Of a stretch of DNA of 64,000 nt, positions 39,030 through 53,465 are shown in pieces (positions within the stretch are counted from its first letter, which is position 1; each line of letters opens with the position of its first letter). A program made the translations under genes and the position numbers. The notes beneath the pieces are model-generated. The model was not told where the DNA came from and made no database searches. It worked only from the letters and a program-made list of their open reading frames with translations. The DNA is taken from contig NC_043006.1 in assembly GCF_006345805.1 (NCBI RefSeq), positions 92,070,001 through 92,134,000 of the forward strand, in the 5' to 3' direction. This DNA is from Octopus sinensis (Eukaryota).

Positions 39030-39660
39030 GGCGCAGGAGTGGCTGTGTGGTAAGTAGCTTGCTAACCAACTACATGGTTCCAGGTTCAGTCCCACTGCGT
39101 GGCACCTTGGGCAAGTGTCTTCTGCTATAGCCCGGGCCAACCAAAGCCTTGTGAGTGGATTTGGTAGACGGAAACTAAAAGAAGCCTGTCGTATATATAT
39201 ATATATATAATATATATATATCTGTGTGTGTGTTTGTGTCTGTGTTCGTCCCCCTAGCATTGCTTGACAACCGATGCTGGTGTGTTTACGTCCCTGTAAC
39301 ATAGCAGTTCGGCAAAAGAGACCGATAGAATAAGTACTGGGCTTATGCCTTGTGAGTGGATTTGGTAGACGGAAACTGAAAGAAGCCTGTCGTATATATG
39401 TATATATATATAGGTGTGTGTGTATATGTTTGTGTGTCTGTGTTTGTCCCCCTAGCATTGCTTGACAACCGATGCTAGTGTGTTTATGTTCCCGTCACTT
39501 AGCGGTTCGGCAAAAGAGATCGACAGAATAAGTACTGGACTTACAAAGAATAAGTCCCGGGGTCGATTTGCTCGACTAAAGGCGGTACTCCAGCATGGCC
39601 GCAGTCAAATGACTGAAACAAGTAAAAGAGTAAAAGAGAGAGAGAGAGAGAGTAAAGAGT
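39030..39660 (+). mobile_element. Family A SINE with an internal ~200-bp tandem duplication
   Basis: The segment gccttgtgagtgg..aagtactgg(g/a)ctta occurs at 39146-39346 and again at 39347-39543. Confidence 0.93.
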
Positions 39661-40125
39661 AAGAGTATATACATATATATATATCTTGCGTTGAGTCAAA
39701 AGTTTGGCACTATCTTGGTATCCCATTTGCTTCATTTGTCAAATTACCGCAAAAACAGCCTAGCATTCAAAGAAGAGGCCATCGTGTTATATCTTCTGAA
39801 GCGATCTTTCTGCCTGTTCTTTGCTTCCTAGTTGATACCAGCTTTTGTCGTTCGAGGCGAAGAACTGCTTTACCGAAGCTTCCACCTTTCCGTTCGTTGA
39901 TGAATCGTCGCGAGCGCAGGAAGTGAGCCAACTAATTATACGAGGGAGATATTTTTCTGCAACCCTAACAGGCATAGCCAGGGATGGCTTACTGAACCCG
40001 TCGTCAAAACATGAGCGTTTCCAACACAAGTTTGTGCTCTGCGTCTTATTGAATTGCGAGGTAGCAACTCACAACAAAGTTCGAACCAGCGATACCATCC
40101 TGTACTCTGAACAGCTAGGATGTAT

Positions 40126-40210
<85 letters not shown>

Positions 40211-41254
40211 ATATGCATACATATATACATATATATATATATACACACACACACACACTCATACATACATGCGCACATACACTCACACATAGACTGTGTT
40301 ATTTGTTATTTGTATGTGCTATTTTTTTTCTCTTTCTGTCTTTCTCTCGCTCTAAACATATCTATTAATGAGTGCGCGTATATGTGTGTGTGTGTATTTG
40401 TGTATGCATATATATGTATGCAGTAATTTCACTGTCTCTACTAAACGTTATCAGTAACCGGATTTCGAAACCCAACAGTGTAAGGCAATGCAATAATGCA
40501 ATAAGAGAAATGCCAATGGATATTGTTTTATTTTATTGCCATCAAGAAGAGAAACAGTGACTGGTTCACGCATTTCAACAAAGACGAATACTACACATCA
40601 ATTTGTAAACCATTTCCTACAAAGTGTCAGATTTCTCACAGCAACACATCGTCATGAAACGCATGGCTATCGAAATAACAATGCCTGCCATAAAAGCTTT
40701 GTTTTCTATCAACGGCATCAATATAATGGAAAACATCAATGACCTATTTTGCATCAGTTGTGGCATTAACGGCGGGACAGGACTACGTGAGTTTGTTTGT
40801 TGATATATTTTAGATGCATTAAAACAAGTCAAATCATGATACAAACATAGTGATAAGAGACGTTCACTATTATATCACAAAAACGGCCATGCATTAAGAA
40901 AGCTTTGATTAACTCACTGCATATGTTGGACGTCAGCATTACAGTCACTGTCGATATAACTTCCTGGACATAACGTACGACACAGATATGAAACACAGAG
41001 AAAGCAGGACCGATGAAAATGCCATGATGTGAAGTAGACAAAGCAACCATTTTAATAACCTCGCATTGTACTGAAAAAATATGTCGGTCACATAATTATA
41101 TGTAATCTTCGAAGGGATATTTCGGAAACCTTTCCAGAAGCAAGTATAAATTCTGTATAAAACGAAGCCGGCTTTTAATAACAAACTGTATAATAAAAAC
41201 TGTTTGCTACAATACAGAAATTGTCATGGAATACCACATGCTGTCTCCTGGTTT

Positions 41255-41450
41255 AACGTCGGTTACGACGATGAGTATTCCAGTTGATTCGATCAGCCAA
41301 ACTGCCGGCTCGTGAAACTAACGTGCAACTGGCTGAACTCTCCACTGATACGCATAAACTTCACTTGGCTCTTAGGGAGATTCAGCATTACACACATTTG
41401 ACAAGCCTGGCCCTTTGAAACATAGGTACAACTAATCTTTGTCATCTGAG
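41255..41450 (-). mobile_element. Family B SINE tail, diverged
   Basis: cgtcggttacgacgatgagtattccagttgat..cgtgaaactaacgtgcaactggctga, similar to 35010-35150. Confidence 0.7.
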
Positions 41451-42804
41451 GAATCAGGGAAATATGGATTGGGAAGGATCATAGAGAATGGTGAAATCCC
41501 TTTCTTTGATCGCACGTGTCTTCAAGAATGACAAAAATAGGAATACACAGCCACAAACAAATTTGTATGCAACTAAAAAAAAATATATAACTGTCTTGTG
41601 ATCAGCCGATCATTCATCGAACATAATGTCTTACATATATATATAAGAATGTAACGCAAAGTAGCCATTGCAGGAGAATATATGTTTAATAAAAGAAACA
41701 AAAAGGAATCATTCATTACAGACCACAAGAATATGAAATTAGATTCACGAAAAGTAACATTCTATACAGAAAATTATAAGTTACCAAACGTAAGGAAGAG
41801 GGCCTATTGGAATTATGCTTACTTCTGGAAAGGAGCGTTAAAGTCAAATCTAATATGTCTGAAAATATATCTTTTTCGATTGATAGTTCAACGATGTATG
41901 TGTATTGTATAGATGCATATATATATATACAATATATACAAATGTACCTGTATGTGTATGTATGTACTTATATATAACATACACGCACACACGCAAACAT
42001 ATATATATATACATATGTGCACACAGGCATACATCCGAGTTTACATAAGCATACATACATAGTGTCTATGTGTAAGTATGTGTGTATGGCAACATTTCAT
42101 TTGTCGACAACACTGTGTACAAGCAAACACAGTAAGACAGACAGCTTCTTTTCAATGTTCGTGATCAGAAGGAAAGCTCTTTGGGTAATCAAGCGTATTC
42201 GTTCTGCTCGTTAATAGGAACACGTACAAGATGGCATTGAGGTATTTTGCAGACATTTATACATTTCAATCTACGTCCAGGAATTGTGTGTGAAGACGCT
42301 GGTAATTATATCTTTATAATAAATATTTTGATATTTTCTACCTGAATGTATGTTTTTCATTCAAAAACATATATGTATAATTATCTCGCTTTATGTTTTC
42401 TCAAAACACACACACACACACACACATACACACATACACAAACACACACGCACACTCGCGCGTGCACATACCCCCACATACACTCACAAGCACACACATG
42501 TATCTATATATTATGTGTATATATTTCTATGGGTCTTTATATTGTAAATATACCGTTTCCTAATCGATGAATATATTCACGATACAGACACCACACGCAC
42601 GTCTATACTCACACACACGCATACACACTAACACAACCTATCACATATATGTATATACGTATATATAATGTATAGTGTCAATATATACACTCACACACGT
42701 TCATATTCCGTCACACATATATAATACAAACTAAATTTAGGTATATTATAATGTATGTGCGTGTAGATGCGCTGTGCATATGAGTATAAATGTTTACTGA
42801 GAGT

Positions 42805-42850
<46 letters not shown>

Positions 42851-42994
42851 CACACATATATATATGTGTGTGTATGCTTTGTATTATATATTTATTCATA
42901 TATATTTGCCCGTGTACATGTATATATACACCTATGTATATGCTTATATATGAATAGTCATATATGTATATGTATCTCTCTCTGTCTCACTGCC

Positions 42995-43035
<41 letters not shown>

Positions 43036-43046
43036 TTATATATATG

Positions 43047-43079
<33 letters not shown>

Positions 43080-43318
43080 GTGGATGGATAGACAGATAGA
43101 TAGATATACATATGCATGCGTGCATGTATTGTATGTGTAAAACTATCTTTCTGTCTGTCTACCTATCTATCCCTCGATACACACATATACATTTGTAGTT
43201 GTATGTGTGTGTGTTCATGTGTATATGCAAATATGTATTTGTACCCATATTTTGGAAAATAGATACTTATTGATGTACACACACACGCGCACACACACAC
43301 ACACACGCACACACACAC

Positions 43319-43364
<46 letters not shown>

Positions 43365-44009
43365 GGAACGAACATCTGCTCATGATTTTATTACGTGATG
43401 TTAACAAATAGAAATAAGATTTTTTTTGTGAAAATAACCGTGATCATTTATCATTTACGTTTTCTATAGTAATGTCTTTTCATATATATTATTAAAATTG
43501 CCGAAAACTTGTTTTACTGAATTAAATTGTATTTATTATAGCACATTTATAGATTGTTCCTCATATGAACACGCCATTAAATTCTGATATCTGAGAAATA
43601 ATAACGAAACAGAATCTAAATGTTTTCAGCATCTCACTTTCATCGAATACATTTCAATAAATAAAGAGAGAGACAACCATTTAATATTCGGTGTTAAATC
43701 AAAGCAGGATTCAGTTCAGTGATAGGCAGAAAATTAATAAGACGTATACAATCGTCTTCTTAAAGATATTCAAATTATAATTAACTTTAACTGTCAAGAA
43801 ATACTTGAATTTTTTTCATATATTACTCTTCTGATATATTTAATATTTATGCCGATGTATGATCAAAATATACTGGAATAAACTTAAAGACGCATTACAA
43901 TCTACCTTTAAGTAGGTAGTTCAAATAAGCTGCAGTTATTTTTCTCTTTTATTTTGCTCTATATTTTCACGTCTTGAAGAATATATACTTGATTCTATTT
44001 CTTCCTTTC

Positions 44010-44077
44010 TCATAGGCATGGTTAATTGGTTAAGACGTACGATTTGCAACTGATGGCCTTCAGTTGAAACCCATTGT

Positions 44078-44135
<58 letters not shown>

Positions 44136-44360
44136 ACACACACATACACACACGTGAGAGTGTTTGCGTTTGTCCCCTACCATTTGATAACTTGTGTTGC
44201 TTTGTTTACTTCCACGTAACTTAGCAACACAGACCGATAGAATACATACCAGGTTTTATAATTAAGTAATGGCGTCGATTTGTTCCGCTAAAGTCTTTAA
44301 TGCGGTCCTCCAGCATGGCCATGGTCCAATGACTAAATTTGATAGAATATAAAAGATGAA
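44010..44360 (+). mobile_element. Diverged family A-like SINE
   Basis: Tail tttgtccc..cgtaacttagc..gaccgatagaata..ctccagcatggcc..aatgact. Confidence 0.7.
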
Positions 44361-44745
44361 AGCTAGATTCCGCATCATGACATAGAATATCAAAGAGGAG
44401 TTGGAGGAGGGGAAGAGAAGAGGATGGAAACAAAGAGAGTGTAGGAAGCGATTACATATGTAACTGTAGAGACAATCATTAATCGATAAGAACACAGTCT
44501 GACTCTTCATGATTAATGATCAAATGTTTTTTTCTTTTCAAAAATTATAAGTCAAACTCCAAAAGTAAGCATTCATAATTAATGTTATTCATAACAGATT
44601 ATTTATTATCCGATTAACGTATATATATTAAGAGGCAGGATCAGGTTTAGCTGTATTCGTCCAAGTTAATTACCCTATGCTATTGCTGCAAAATTAAGTG
44701 GACATGATAATTAAGATCTCTTTAACTTAGTCAATATATCACAAA

Positions 44746-45033
44746 GGGAGGTGAATGGCTAAGTGGTTGAAGTATTTGGCTTACGATTGAAAGGTCGCGC
44801 GTTCGATTCTCGGCGGTGCCTTGTGTCCTTCAGCAAGAAAACATTTTAATTTACGCTTACCTGTAATTCAAAAGGGCCAGCCTTGTCACCTTGTATGTCA
44901 AGCTGAATTTCCTTGACAACTAAATTAAGTGCACGCGTGTCTGTGGAATACTCAGCCACATGCCTCTTAATTTAATGAGCAGGCTGTTCCATTGCAACTG
45001 GAATAAACGTTGTCGCAACCGACGGAGTGCCAG
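44746..45033 (+). mobile_element. tRNA-derived SINE with family B-type tail
   Basis: A box tggctaagtgg, B box gttcgattc, tail cctgtaattcaaaagggccagcc..gagcaggctgttcc..accgacggagtg. Confidence 0.8.
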
Positions 45034-45205
45034 TATATAATAAGGGAAAGTCAATAACGCTTGTAAATAATCTATTCCACATTTGCATAAACGTAATCGC
45101 TCCACCCACACATCAGCACAAAATCATGCACATATAAATATACGCACACAAAGAAATACACACACATACACCCACACACACATACATACACAAACATACA
45201 CGTGC

Positions 45206-45249
<44 letters not shown>

Positions 45250-48200
45250 ATATAGTATATGATTGGAGTTTTATGAAATCGGATTGGAAGCCTCAGTCAG
45301 AATATTGGCTACTATAATGTATGGGAAGCTACAATGCTTGAGGAAAATATGTAAACTGAATTTGAAGTAAGGAATTATTTAAGTAGATTTAGTTTAGTTT
45401 CAAAGACGAAACAGTCTCGGCAGTAACTACATGCTGTGTGCAGACGAGATAATTAATTTACTGGTCCTGCTGACCAAACGCCCGATCAGGAAGAAACAAT
45501 CATTGCGAATATGTGTCTGTCTATACATATATGTATGCATGGACTCATAAAGTTACGTCTAAGATTATTCAGTATAAATAAATGATAGAAACATTTGTCT
45601 AAAAGGAAATATTATGATTTATTTCTTAACGATCCATTTTAACATTTCCCCGAAAGACCAGATTTTTTATAGTTTATATTGCATTGTATAATTGTTAAGG
45701 TGTTTGTACGCTATTTTTGAAATTATATTTCAGAATGTCTTGCTATGATTTACAAACAGTTCGAAATACTAACTTATTTTGTCCAATGATATTTTCATTT
45801 AAAACAAATGCATTGCAAATATATTTGCTAAGCGATGTTTTGAGCATCTCATGTATTCGGATGTTTATTTATCGATGAATGTGCAATATTGATTGTATGA
45901 ATACATTTGTACGGAAACGTAAGGCGAATTAGACAATGTCTTGTCAATTGAAATAAAATACACAATGGCATTATCCGGCACGGAAACATAAACGAAATTA
46001 CATGACTTGGGATATGGCTTAGGATTTGGCGTGTAATAAATTAATTCAAACCAGAAGTTATTCTTCAAAAGACAAATAGGTCGGAGGCTATGGTATTTCA
46101 GTCAAGGAAAAAATTACATTACCTTTCGTAGCTTTTTAATTGACTTTTGAGAACTGCATTTCTTATTCTTTCATGTCCAACATGCTATGGTATAATACGT
46201 TACAAAAGAACCCCATTAAAACGTCTGTCTGACTACCAACTGCAGGACTCCTGGTTCGTATATTTTGAAAAGCGAACTGATCAAAGCAGTTAGGTCAAAG
46301 CAGCCGGATTCATTTATTCATAAAGAGATAATTAAATATTATTACTGTTCTCACTGGTGCTAGTTCTTTTGTTACTATATTTCTGTTGAAATACACCGCC
46401 TACGTTTCTATGAAGCTTTTAAACAATGAAATATTTTGTGACTTAACTTTGTCAGTTTGAAATCAATGTTTGGAAAATAAATTAGGATGACATTTACATG
46501 GACGTTTTTAATTTAGTTCAGTTTAAGACAGGAAGTTCGTATTATAGAAATGCAGTCTCAGATGTATCAGTATGAAAAGTCTTAATGACTGTTCTGCTGG
46601 TCCTATGATGCTCGCAGTAAAACGAGCCTACTATACATGTTCGGTCTCTAAAATTTCAATACACTTCCGTAAATTAGAGTTTATATATGGTACAATGAGT
46701 GACCTTTATTTCTGCAAATGTAGCTTGTTTGGCTTCCATACCTTGTTTGGCTTCTTCAAACACAATTTTTTTAATGAATTTATATTCACTGTATATACAG
46801 TGGAAATTGTGTGTTGCGTAAATTTGGATTCTGAAAATATGTGTTACTAACAAAAACTCATCTCGACGTTTTTCAAAGTGAGCCGACAATAGTTCTATTA
46901 CTGACACAATTCTAACAAGAAGTGATTATCAAACACTAGAAACTGTTTTTCTAGATTAGAAGGAAATGATAACAAGACAATTTCAAGAGAAAGCACGTTG
47001 AACATGTATTTCTGTTCAAAATCAGTGCCTAATTGCTCGTTAGGCTTATGCCAGATCTAATCAATAACAAAGCTAAAAAGGAAATCTGTTACTGTATTTC
47101 CATTTTAGATTAGTGGTAAAGAGATGTAGAAATAATTTATTTCTTAGATAACGACTAGAATTACAGTTAAGAATATTTTGGAATCATGATTTCCCCTATA
47201 TTTTGGCATCGCATTTTATAACCATGTTATTTGTCCCGCTGAATAAAAGAAAACCTTACCTCGCGCCAGCAGAGAGAAAAGAAATTCAAAAACATCGATT
47301 CATATTCTGTTCATTAACTGATTGCGTCACCCACGAGAAAGGAAACGGTTATAGTTATAAGAATGTATTGATTAGTGTTATAAGCCATTTGGATATTGGA
47401 GCAACTCTGAAGGCCTCGACTTTATGCAGGAAGAGACAATTCTTCCCCTGGCAAGGTATGCTTGTATCGTTGCACTTAGAGAAGAGGGGTGGTGAAGTAC
47501 TTGTTCCTTCTAGAATGCTCTCCGTTTGCAATCTGCTTTGCTGCGTATGAAGACACAACACCTAAACCTGAATGCAGCAGACCCCCAACGACCATTTCTT
47601 ATCCAATCGGATTACACAGATTACAGTATGTACCTGATGATCCTTATTTGTTATGGAAACTCCGCGTAAGATGACGTTACTAAATATTTTATAAACACGT
47701 TCTCCGACGTTGTTCTGTAGAATTCACACACACATACACATACACACGCACACACACACGCGCACATAAATACATATATACATACACACACATAAATACA
47801 CACACATATACACATAAATCCATTTATACACTTATACAAAGATGTGGGAGAAAGAGAATGGAAAATAAAATAAAATTCTAAATAGATCGTTTCTCTTGAT
47901 CTTTAGAATATTTATTTTGTCTCAAATTACTAAATCTTTCATACTTCGCACAAAAATGGAAATTCTATGCCAAATTCCTTGTGTTATATAATTTCTTTCT
48001 AATTTTACACAACGTCACCAGTTTTAAGGATATGAGGAAAAGAGATTACGTGGATTCTTCATTGAATGGTACTTTATTTCATTGCTCTCGAACAGCTAAA
48101 ATAGATGCTGACGATGGCGGAATTTGAACTCAGAACATAAAAAAAAATGTCCTCACCACGAAAAAAATTCTGCCGCCTCACCTCCTACTTTGTGCTATAC

Positions 48201-48433
48201 AATAAGGTGATCTTATTAAACTTACTGTTGAATGTTTTCCTTTTCTGAACGAAGCAATATACACCTACGCGTATCCGAATTCCTATGTTTTTCATGTGGC
48301 TTTCTAATTATTTAACTTAGAAAATTTGTAATCGTAATATTGAAATATTTGGTAGATTACCGTCACAATACGCATGTATATGCAACTTGTAGTTATCGCA
48401 TGAAATATTTTCCGTATTTAATTTAACAAAAAC

Positions 48434-48439
<6 letters not shown>

Positions 48440-48522
<83 letters not shown>
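48440..48522. repeat. (GA)n microsatellite
   Basis: Visible directly. Confidence 0.97.
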
Positions 48523-48526
<4 letters not shown>

Positions 48527-50889
48527 TGGGAAGGTAAGAAATGTAATAGAAATTAGGTGTTTGACATTTTATTCTTCAAGAGAATTACAGTCAAGTAACA
48601 ACCATAATTGAGGATAAAATAAATATCGTAAGCAACTAGCGTAGAAAAAGAATAAACTACAGAAAATTATCTTAAACAATTTTTTTTAAAATGGATCTAA
48701 AATTTCTTTTATGGAAACTTGGATAATGTGAATTTCAGCTATTGAATTGAAAACAATAACTATTATAAGAAGAATATAGATACCAATTTCTGAAAGAAAA
48801 ATTGTGACTATGAATTGGCAAAGTCGACCTATTGAATACAATGGAATTACCAGCAGCGTTGTCTCCAACATATATCGCAACAATAGACTGTTGAAACAAT
48901 CAGAACATATTCTATTATCAATGAAATTATAGATGAAATCTAAATTCAATTCAGATGAAATAAAATTTCCCAATTTAATACGTATTTCTGTCGCCTGATA
49001 AGGAATCTTTGCACGACATTTCCTTTTTTGAAATTATATTTCCGGTTTAAAATTCAAAAGAACGGAACTGAATACGGAACTAACTGCACCACGTTTGTTT
49101 CAATAATAAATGCATTATTAAAGCAATTAAGGAAATATATATTAAAGACGCTTTTATACACCTACATGTGTCTGCTGTTAATGTAAGCATGTGTATACAC
49201 ACACATACACACATATTAGAATTAGAGTATACACACACACACACATATATATATATGTGTGCGTGTATATATGTGTATGTGTTTGTCTGTGTGTATCTAT
49301 ATGAATAAATACACATGCATACACACAGACACTTATACATACACGGACACACACACACATGTATATGTAAGCCTGCATAAACGTCTGCAAAGATATATAT
49401 GCTTGACTTTCTCTATTTCGTGTATATGAGCGCATGCGTATATGTATGTGTGTGAATAAGAAACGTATATTGAAATGATTTCATAAATAAAACGCACGTA
49501 CATGCGCCTTGTGTGTATGCTTTGCACTTGTGTATCTCTCTTTCAGATGTAAAGTAAGCAATTTATGTAGAAATTAGAACATACGGCCAAAATTACAGAC
49601 ACAAACTATGATATAGATAATGGTATGCATATTTAAGCATATTTACATGTGTGTGTGTGTGTGTGTAGACATCAATGTGATCAATACACGCACCAACAGA
49701 TACACAGACACACACAAAGTAGATACTGACTGCATGCACGTTTCTGTTGTTATTTTTCAAATTTTGAATGATAGGAGCTTTTAAACGTTTCCCGTTTTCC
49801 GTTTGGTAGAAACTAATAATTGCTTTCGTTCTTAATGGGAAATTGTTAAACTAACATTCCAAACTTCGTTACCAATTTAGTGTGAGCAAATGACATTCAT
49901 TCTTCACGCTAGTAACTGTGCATCAATTTTATTACTAAAATTACCGATAACTTAAATGTAGTGAGAGAGTTTCATATATAATTAGATTATAAAATAATTA
50001 AAAAAGAGATTATGCAGGAACATTTTAATATAATAGAGAATATGGAATAATCTTTCCCATATAAAATATATATGAACACACACACACTCACACACACACA
50101 CACATTCACAAACACTCACACACAATTATGTACGTATATAAAGTTCGGAAATAAGCCACATTATAAATGTTAACTCTAAAGTTATGCCATTAAACTCAAA
50201 ATATACCATAATGATATAATTATGAAGTTAAGAATAATCTTATCAGTTGTTAAATATGACTTTATGGATAAGTGATCAAGTGGGTGTTAGGAGAACATCC
50301 CTCTCTTTCAAATTTTATTTTGCCTTGTTATTGTTTAGTCCTCCTGATGAAAGAGATGTTACAACTATGACCTTCCTATTTTATAAAACCACCTTGTGCT
50401 TATCACTTGAAAGCGACACAGTAAAAACTCTCTCCCTTACGCTGTTTCTTTTTCACTGTTGCTGTCAGGCGTCTATTCTGATGCCGAATCGCATACCTGA
50501 AATGTGTATATATTTTATGAATACCGAAAAGACAGATGGTAAATTTGACCTCGATTAGTTTTGAACACGAAACATAGAGAAATGGAATAAATACTTTATG
50601 CAATATCGTTCTACACAAGTCGCCTTTACTTCCCTCCGAGTTAATAGAATGGAAAGATTTACCAAATTTTTTCGAGTAATACAAACATTGACTTAAGAAA
50701 ACTTTTTGTTTTTAGTAATTCCTTATATAGTGCCTCTATGTCTTCTAATGACTTCATTGGCACCGAAAACAAGTATTAAAATCGCAAACATGCTATACTC
50801 GCTTGAAACTGGTTTGCTTGCTGTAGTCATTGGACTACGACCATAATTAAACATCGCTTCATAGAGTTAATTGAGCAAAGTGATCTTAG

Positions 50890-51150
50890 TCATTAATTTA
50901 TGTCAGGTACTTATTCTATCATTCTCTTTTGACGAACTTCTGAATTACTGGGACGTAAACAAATCGACTCTGGTTGTCGAGCAGTGTAGAACAAACACAA
51001 ACACATACACACACACGACTGGCTTCCACACATTTGCATGTCTACCAAATTTACTTGGTCAGCCCAGGAGCTGCTGTGGAAGTAGACGCGCGGCAGGAAT
51101 GAACCGGAAACCAAATGGGAGCAAACTACTTAATCAGACTTCTATGCTTA
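50890..51150 (-). mobile_element. Diverged family A-like SINE
   Basis: tacttattctatc..gggacgtaaacaaatcgac..ttgtcgagca..tctaccaaatt. Confidence 0.65.
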
Positions 51151-52269
51151 CGGTCGTTATAGAATGATATTCTTTGACTAATTATCTTAATAGCTATTTA
51201 GCTGCCTACTATGGCAGTTATTGTACTTATATAGATATGGTATACTTTACACTTGAAATTGTAAAGTGATTGATGAGAGAACATTCTCGGTCTTGTCCTA
51301 CTACTGCTGTATCGTTTCTTATTTGATCTTTATTAAAGAAACATGGAAGCATCCAGCGAAAATGGAAATGATAAAATTGAAGTGCAAATTGTTTATCCTG
51401 TTCTTCCTTGAATCATAGATTTAATGCAATCTCTTGTTTTATTTACATGAAAACTTTTTCTTTCAGCAAACATATGTAATTATGTCAAGTAATATGATGA
51501 ATGAGCTGTTGAAAAACAATCTGTCATTCTTAGATATAGCGGACCAAATGGGAGAAAGTAAAACTTTAGCTAAATCATTCAGTTTTCTGAATTACTGAGA
51601 ATGCAGAAGTTTAGCACGACGACAAGGAAAGGAAAATCACGAGTTTATCAGATTAGATGCAAAGAGTGAGCGATCGTTCACCTAGAAATAGTAACCAAAC
51701 CTTACGCTTCAACTCCAGCGACCTAAAACAAGGTAAGATATTAAGAATTATAGCTTTGATAACCTCCAGTAAAAACCAACAGGTGTGGCACAGCTGGAAC
51801 GACAATGATTATAGGTTTATTTGTTTAGAGGAAAAAGAAAAGGGAAACTAACTACAGTCTCTTGTTTTCTTTTAATGCTTGGTTTCTTTGATGTAACACG
51901 TACAGACCAGTGTGACTTGAGTCTTCGGATGTTATTATTTATTTCAGGCGAAGCTATTTGGAAAGAGGTTTACTTCCTAACACCATATAACTCCGAGTTT
52001 AGTCCCACAGTGTGGTACCCTGAGTTATGTCTGCAGCAAATCGGTTCGGGCCGATCAAAGCTTTGTGCATAAATTTAGTTGTCGTAATCTGAAAGAAGCC
52101 CGTTGTATATACATCATAAGAAATAATTAAGAGTCAGTTGAATTAGGTACTTAAGTTGAGGCACCAATTCAGTATTGTCCGCACGGCTCGAAGTAATGTG
52201 AAAAAGAAGCAAATAATAACAAGGATGTCCAGGTGTTAGTGCATTTAAGCAGCCTCATTTATTCGATCA

Positions 52270-53020
52270 ATGCAAGCATTACATCAATTTGGAATCTCCG
52301 CCTTCCTCGAACAGATACGTTTATATCGATTGGAACAGACATATCAATGACGAGGCATGATTTTTATCTAAAGTCTTTCAATATAATATCTGGTCTATTC
52401 GCATCTATCTTTCTGTCAGTATGAACGGAGGCTGCACATGGAGACATTATGATCAATGGATTCATTTTGTTGTTTACACACACAACATGTTGGGCTACTG
52501 CTGTTCTATAATATGTTGGCCTGGTAGCTCCTTGTAGGTAGGCATTGGTCTTGGGCTGCTATGAAAACCTTTCTGTTTCTGATTTTAAGTTAAAAGTCAC
52601 TAACCATTGATGAGTAAGGGCTTTGTCAACGTCGGCACTATTTGCTCTCTTGGGGTATTTGCTATTGAGAGATTTTTCTTGCCATTTATCAGTAAGAATA
52701 TCCAAGTTTTAGCACGGGTTTTCATACGCTTAACTTTTTCTGTACTTGTCTCTAGTACATCAACTTCTGGGGTTTGTTGTATTTGGAATCCACGCAGATA
52801 TTCCTTTGCCTGTTTTGTTACTGAATGTTTTCTTGTTTTCATGCTTTAAGACAAGTTTCAAAATCTGGTCATCTGAGTTTTCCAGGTAGGTGTTTAGGTC
52901 AATTGTGCCAATCTTCATTGTTAATTCCAGCTGTAAAAGTCCACGGCCTCCCACTTTTCTTGGCTGGTAAAGTCGTTGTACATCTGCCTCATGGTGGTGC
53001 ATTCTATGCATTGTCAACAA
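52270..53020 (-). mobile_element. Second, truncated and diverged copy of the R4/Dong-like element
   Basis: LTMHRMHHHEADVQRLYQPRKVGGRGLLQL and HSVTKQAKEYL..KRMKTRAKT, with DNA similarity to 53870-54800. It has internal deletions and frameshifts. Confidence 0.9.
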
Positions 53021-53032
53021 TTATCATTATTA

Positions 53033-53069
<37 letters not shown>

Positions 53070-53327
53070 TATTATCATTATTATTATTATTATTACTACT
53101 ATTATTATTATTATAATTATTATTATATATTATTATTATTTTATTATTACTATTACTATTATTATATTATATTATTATTACATTATTCATTATCATTATT
53201 ATTATTATTATTATATCATTATTATTATTACTATTATTATCATTATTATTATTATTATCATATATTATCATTATTATTATTATTATTATTATTATACTAT
53301 TATTATTATATTATTATTATTATATAA

Positions 53328-53358
<31 letters not shown>

Positions 53359-53465
53359 TATTATTATTATATTATATCATATTATTATTATTATTATTAT
53401 TACTACTATTATTATTATTATATTACTACTATTATTATTATTATACTATTATTATTATTATTATT
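53021..53465. repeat. Long degenerate (TAA)n/(TTA)n array between the two LINE copies
   Basis: Visible directly. Confidence 0.97.

Noticed and set aside
47630-47675. CTGATGA..GAAA motif (also CTGACGA at 14794, 23000, 27434 and on the minus strand near 23785)
   Set aside because: No consistent stem II abutting both core halves, or no stem III and cleavage triplet.
51657-51737. Possible first coding exon MQRVSDRSPRNSNQTLRFNSSDLKQ followed by GTAAGA
   Set aside because: A single donor match with no recognisable protein or partner exon; expected by chance.
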